From Eledone cirrhosa (Eukaryota): a stretch of 64,000 nt of DNA. Positions 58,317 through 64,000 of this stretch are shown piece after piece. The position numbers and the translations under genes were made by a program. Each line of letters opens with the position of its first letter. Position 1 is the first letter of the stretch. The notes under the pieces are model-generated. The model searched no databases, was not told the DNA's origin, and worked only from the letters and a program-made list of their open reading frames with translations. Location of the stretch: assembly GCA_964016885.1 (NCBI GenBank), contig OZ024746.1, positions 57,598,001 to 57,662,000 of the forward strand. Reading direction: 5' to 3'.

Positions 58317-58717
58317 CAGTGCTTCTCAAACTACCTAATATGGCGGACCGGCATTTTTTTTTCAATGTGCCACGTACCGCTAATATTTCGTAGTAATATT
58401 AATTTATACCGGAAACGATATATATAATGAATATAATAATAGTTGACTATTTAATAGTTGACCATTTTTATCTTCTATTTATTTTGTAAACAAATAATTG
58501 TTTCTACTTTAGGCACAAGGCCAGCAATTAACCAGTGCATTACTGGTACTTTATTTTATCGACCCCGTAAGGATGAAAGGCAAAGTCAACCTCGGCGTAC
58601 AATATCAAAACATATAAAAAAGTAATAAAAACAATTCCTCAAATGATTCCTTAGCATGGCCTGGACACTGCCCGCGTTCCGGTAGCGGTCCGCGGACCCC
58701 CACTTTGAGTAGCACTG
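58317..58717. mobile_element. Non-autonomous hAT (Charlie/Buster-like) MITE
   Basis: Terminal inverted repeats CAGTGCTTCTCAAACT and ACTTTGAGTAGCACTG (14/16 match). 8-bp TSD ACCTAGAC (58309-16) and ACCTAGAA (58718-25) with central TA, as is typical of Charlie/Buster elements. Confidence 0.88.
58494..58597 (-). mobile_element. 5'-truncated SINE copy nested in the hAT MITE
   Basis: The reverse complement reads CGCCGAGGTTGACTTTGCCTTTCATCCTTACGGGGTCGATAAAATAAAGTACCAGT..GCTGGCCTTGTGCCTAAAGTAGAAACAATT, nearly identical to the copy at 46963. Confidence 0.9.
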
Positions 58718-59049
58718 ACCTAGAATACCAGAATCCCAATAAAAAGGAATAAATAAACTACATATACCAGTAAATAATTAAAACTCACTATCACTATATC
58801 ACATTTATTTAGCCTAACAACACACACATATGTCAATAAAACTGTCACTAAAAATACATATTTTAAAAACAAAATATCCGCAGGGAACCAGAGATTTCCG
58901 AGGGTATGTGAATAAAAGGACATACAAAGACTTAGTCATGGCAAAAACGACACCTAGCCGGAAGGAAGTATCAGTTATTCATCCAGAGAAATGAGGTGAG
59001 TGATTAATCACAGTTCTCTTCTGCTCAAAGTAGGGTCACTAGTGTGTTG

Positions 59050-60650
59050 GCTATTAGATAGACTAGAATTTCTGCTGCAAGAGCCTTCATATTTATCTGC
59101 GGCGGATACGTGCTGTACGCTTCTCCAAGTCGTTGGGGATTGGGAGATGATGTCGATGAGTTGATTCGGAAAGAACTGGACATCATGATACGGAATAGTA
59201 ACCTAAACACTAAAGATATGCGGATGGTACTGAACATGACCATGTCAACTCTTCAGAATAGTAAGCGTCTGGACCCAAACATGTTCTTTCTGGTGTCTAG
59301 AGATTGCCCCACTCTCCAATGTTTGTGGCAAATTGAAACAGTTTCTTGGATGCACATTAAATTTGCATGGGCATAACATTCTTATAAAGTTATTCAGTGG
59401 TTTCCAACTGTCAGTTAGTTAACCGCTCTATTTCTCAAATGTGTAAATGTGGATATATCCAGACCGCATCTGACCATCCAGATTACATCTAAGTGGAGTA
59501 AACGGTAGAGAGAAATAGCGTCCCTAATTTAAAATGACAATGACAGAACATTTGTTATATGTGCAATCGATATAAATAGGCTTCCCATGCTGGAACCCGT
59601 TTACAGGCAGCTACACGCTTCGTTCCCGGTGAGCAAGGCTTACAGGCACAACCTTAGTGAGCTAGATAAGTAAGGAATGATAGGGACAATACAAAAAATG
59701 ATGGTTGGGCCTTATATGAATAAAGTAGAATCGATAAGGGAATAGCCGTATAGAAAACTAGATTAGAAGCTGAACTAGTTAGAAACAGAGTTTGAGCTTT
59801 TAGGAAAGTAATAGTATCCGAGGTACTTACTGTTAGTTTGCTTCATGAAGGAACGAAAGCTTTACGGTGCGTAAGAAATGCTATTCAATTGTAATTGACT
59901 GCGCACGTCTTCTCAAATGGCGTTTGCTGAATTCTTTGATTTGCAGTCAGGTCTCGCGTGTTTACCTCGATAGCCTGCACATTTTCAAGGGTGTTGCAAA
60001 AAGCAAATAGCAGCAACTGAAATACAAGACACAATGGTTAGTTTTGTTACCTCTAGGCAGATGTCTACCATCTGTAGCAGATGGAGAGAATCTAAAATGT
60101 TGTGAGCTGTTGAGTAGGGATGCGCACAAGGAGGATTACATTGAAAAATATCGATCCAAAACCCTGCTAACTGTGATAAGACTGATGGGCTTCCTCTCGG
60201 AACCTTTCATTATAATGTGCTCTGTTCATGATGTGTGCTCCCTCCTCGTATTTCTGTATGGACTGCCTCTAAAGAACAGCTGTAGAAACAAGAGATGGGG
60301 ATGGGCATACTACTCTAACTAGGATATGGAAGATCCATAGTGGCATATGCCAACATCACTGTATTGCTCTCGGGCACTAAGTAAATCGATATGATCAGCA
60401 CTAATTTGCCTTAGTATTAATCGGTGACAGAAGCACAATTTAAACAGAGAAAACCTTGCGCCAGCAGATTGGCTCCTAAAGTGGTCGGTATATGCCATCC
60501 AACAACATCGCGTTGCACATAGCAGAAGAACCGGTTTAAATTGCTTAGTGTCTAGGTTGTTCCAGATCTTCGAGAGAACAGGCAATTGGGATGAGGTTAC
60601 GTGCCTACACAGCCCCACGTAGTGGATGCCCCAGTTTACACTGACCTGGG
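59050..60650 (-). mobile_element. Possible highly decayed non-LTR retrotransposon (RT plus CCHC/RLE-type C-terminus)
   Basis: Short minus-strand motifs occur in the expected order but in different frames: LPVLSKIW (~60570), VPRGSP (~60200, cf. GVPQGSP), KYLG (~59820), CPC..ET..C..SRH (~59300-59375), HPHI..DV (~59180-59230). The similarity is weak and not verified by search. Confidence 0.3.
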
Positions 60651-63207
60651 CTCAGTTACCGTTTTGTTCGATTCATATGGAAATGATGCATTACACTAGC
60701 CACCTGGCTTTTTATTGTCAACAACGTCTGCGTGGTTGGCTAGACTTGCCCTGCCTGTTAATGAGAAGACGCACCCAACGTTTTGTTTACGGCAAACATG
60801 TGTAGACGTTGTTTATCAGATATGTCTTTTCCCAGCTGGCCTCTTTGACAGAACTGCAGTTATTGTTCAAATGACAACTGAGCGGAGGAGGATTCGTAGC
60901 TAGTTAGTTCTTTTCTAGATGACATTCCGTTAATGGACTGTGGAAAAAATTCCATGTTTTTGGCCTAGAGCTGCTACTGGGGTATGTGTTAGGTTTTGAC
61001 ATTTGGGGCTAATCTAGACAGACATGCAAATGCCATAAGGCGAGCCTGATCGCGATTGGCTCAAGTTGATGAAACCATTCTCTATGCACTCACTCAGTGA
61101 GCAAGCTGTGGAGATGTCTTGAATCACTGCTATTGGGCAAAGAACGGATATACCTACCATTAGATATCACTGTAGTGATCGCTTAGTTGCCTTTCTTTGG
61201 TGAAGCCCTCTTAGACATTGTAAAGCAAGTTAAGAGTGGAGAGAGAGGTGTTGATTTCTAACATATTCATTGGAAGGTAGATGAGGAGAGAGAGCACGCT
61301 CTAAGTGAACGGGTCTGCCCTGAGCATGCACCTGTAGATTGGAGAAGGTGAAATGGCAGTAGGCCTTAGTGGTATGGGGATATGTTGCCTTTTGTGGGAA
61401 GGTGGTAGGAAGTATTTTATTCGATTTAATACTATGTTACTTCTACTCTTTCCATAAACCTACCCTGCTCCTAGTGTACCATTATAAATATGCTTTTCGA
61501 AACCATTTTGCATTTCAGAAAAATAACGTCATTGTTATGAAAAACATCATAATTATTACAATGTAAGAAATTATTGAATATGAGAAATTGTTCCGCATAC
61601 GACATTATTAAAAATAAGAAAATATTCCATATAAGAGATTATTGATACTATTACTTCCATTACCATTCTTGTTGTTATGATAGAAGATGAAAACATTGCA
61701 AGGAACATAGCTAATAAACAATCGGAAAAATAAAAGGACAGTGGATGAAACGAAAACTGTTCTGAATTAACCGGGGGACACATTATGGACAATGCAGCAA
61801 AGATTGGATGCAGGACTGTGATGCTATGATCAACCAAACTCATAATAGAACTGAATGGCATACAGATAATTTCGACGGAAAATGGCCTTGGGAAGGAAAT
61901 GTCTGTTACAGACGGAGAGAGATCTAATACACGCAAACTAGAAGCATGGATGCAAGGAGATATAATGTGAAGTAGGTCGAGATGTAGATGACACTAAACA
62001 GTTGGAATAATTCAAGTAAGCGGCCCCATAAGGAGTCAGATGATAGTTAGACGTCACATGAGAAAGACAATTGACCTTCTCTATTGAAATAACTGGCAAA
62101 TATCATAAAGTAATAGCACAATAATATATACAAAAAGATAAATCCCTAGATTTCTAAAAGCTAAACATTAAAAACAAATACTGAACAGCGAATATATATA
62201 TAAAAATTACACTATTGAATCCTCATGTAATATTTCATTTTATTTCTATATTTTATTTTTAAACTCTAAATTTATGATAGATCCTGTTTGCGTGTGGATT
62301 TGTTATTTATTTAGCAACGTGTCTAATGTAATAAAAGGAAAGCAAATATAGCAAGACTTTTCGAAATATCATGAAAGTAAGCGAGTGATTTTTTTTGCGT
62401 TTTATTTGTGTGTTTGTATTTTTTGTGTTATTGGTGGCTGCACTGCTCTTCATGATCGTGGTGGTGTTGGAAGAGTTTTTATTTCTTCTTTTTCCTGTTA
62501 TATTTCAATTTACTTTTTCATTACACACTTTTTTTGCTTTTTTTTAATTTTATTTGCCTTATCGTTATCTGAAATGAAATGCTGTGATTTGGAAGCACTT
62601 CTCTCTACACCGCAAAACGTGGCGCCATACAATTATTGAATTCAATAATGTTATAGAAAAGCTAACACACTACGTTGAAAACTAATCCCTGAAGAACACA
62701 TGAATGAATTTATGAATAAATAAAGAGGCGAGAAATGCTTGAGGAATAAACCAATATTGTATTGTTGATTCTGTAAAGGTAACAACAACAATAAAGAATA
62801 AACAGAAAAAAAACGAACGATGTATATAATAAGAGATACAAGCAATGCTGTAAAATAAGGGGGGAATATTCTAAAGAATTAAATATTCGAAAATCGTTAA
62901 TAAGCCGGTGTGTATTGGTGATTAGCTTGATTCTACGACAATGCTGGAAATATAATCTGCACACCCCACTCTTTCTAGGTGTCCATCATCATACATACAT
63001 ATTTTGATACTTATTTAAATACATGCATGCCTATATGGAAGTATGTATATGTGAAAGCTTGTATGAATATATCATCACTTTCTATGTTCTGAAATATACA
63101 CATATACACACAAATATATTTATTTATAAATAAATATATACACACACACACACATACACCCCACACACCCCACACACACACACGCGCATATATATATATC
63201 TCGAAAA

Positions 63208-63307
63208 AGAGTCAGGAGCCGACGGCTGGGTTCCGGCCATTTCGACAGATAGATCCGAACTGGATCTAGCTGTAAAATGGGCCTGAACTCATTCGTCTGG
63301 ATCCTGA

Positions 63308-63311
<4 letters not shown>
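63208..63311. mobile_element. Small imperfect fold-back (~104 bp), MITE-like, within (TA)n
   Basis: Paired segments GTCAGGA/TCCTGAC, GACG/CGTC, TGGGTTC/GAACTCA and CCATTTCGACAGATAGATCC/GGATCTAGCTGTAAAATGG around a 5-nt loop GAACT. TA runs lie on both sides. Confidence 0.6.

Positions 63312-63372
<61 letters not shown>
63311..63372. repeat. (TA)n microsatellite
   Basis: Direct run. Confidence 0.95.
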
Positions 63373-63378
<6 letters not shown>

Positions 63379-63592
63379 GAGAAGAAAGAAGAATACTGCG
63401 TGGTTGCACATGGGTTACATATGATAAAATTAGTCCTTCGTCAGTGATTTGCCAACCATCATTGATATTTCATCGCATTAAAAATCATATACCTCAGGTT
63501 GGTGCGAGCAATAACTAAAAAAAGCTATTGGGACAAGTAAATCGCGTAAAGCGAGTGAGACAAGTAAACAACATAGAAGGATGAAAGCAACG

Positions 63593-63595
<3 letters not shown>

Positions 63596-63659
<64 letters not shown>
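63596..63659. repeat. (TA)n microsatellite
   Basis: Direct run. Confidence 0.95.
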
Positions 63660-63661
<2 letters not shown>

Positions 63662-64000
63662 AACCAGTAAGACCCCAACAGCTGAGCTCAAGCCGTCTCG
63701 ACGGCTAATATATATATATATATATTGGTTAAGGACTCAGAAGTTAGACATTTGTTGTGTGGTCTGCATAAGAACACGAATTAAATAAAAACCTGTGCAA
63801 ACATTACAGTCTGTCAGAATATTTCACTTCCATAAGTTCGCCTCATCACCGAGTTTTTCCTAAAGAAACATTTGGGTAGATAGGAGAAATTTCAGATAAC
63901 TTTGTCTCCGTTTTTTTCATTTATCGAGGAACAGTCGAAAAGTCAGCAGCAGGATGAATAGATGAAATTTTAAAGAGATTACTACAAAGTGAGTGATGCT

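Overview
Eukaryotic, apparently gene-poor animal DNA. The SINE family and the density of (TA)n/(TG)n/(GA)n tracts suggest an octopod cephalopod, but that is an inference. Bases 1 to ~40,250 are the right-hand part of one head-to-tail satellite array of a 62-bp G+T-rich monomer (TTGTCGTAGCTGATATGTGTAACGGGCTCGATGTGATTGTGTCCTTG[A/T]CAGTTTTGTGGTTG, about 650 copies). The array is layered: a recent ~10.5-kb tandem duplication, mosaic kb-scale blocks, and small 6-, 8- and 9-monomer higher-order units near a more diverged edge. All ORFs called there are translation artefacts of the repeat. The remaining ~24 kb is AT-rich and full of transposon debris. It holds a 173-bp GC-rich minisatellite upstream of a Helitron-type 3' end, and five copies of a tRNA-derived SINE (three with clear target-site duplications). 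It also has a hAT/Charlie-type MITE with a nested SINE, a decayed Penelope-like RT split into two opposite-facing pieces, and a probable decayed RLE-type LINE. The most notable small-scale signal is two unrelated fold-back elements in microsatellites, each carrying Penelope-type minimal hammerhead ribozyme motifs. One is a perfect 311-bp palindrome whose hammerhead has an unusually long (~92 nt) helix II. No intact protein-coding gene is recognisable.
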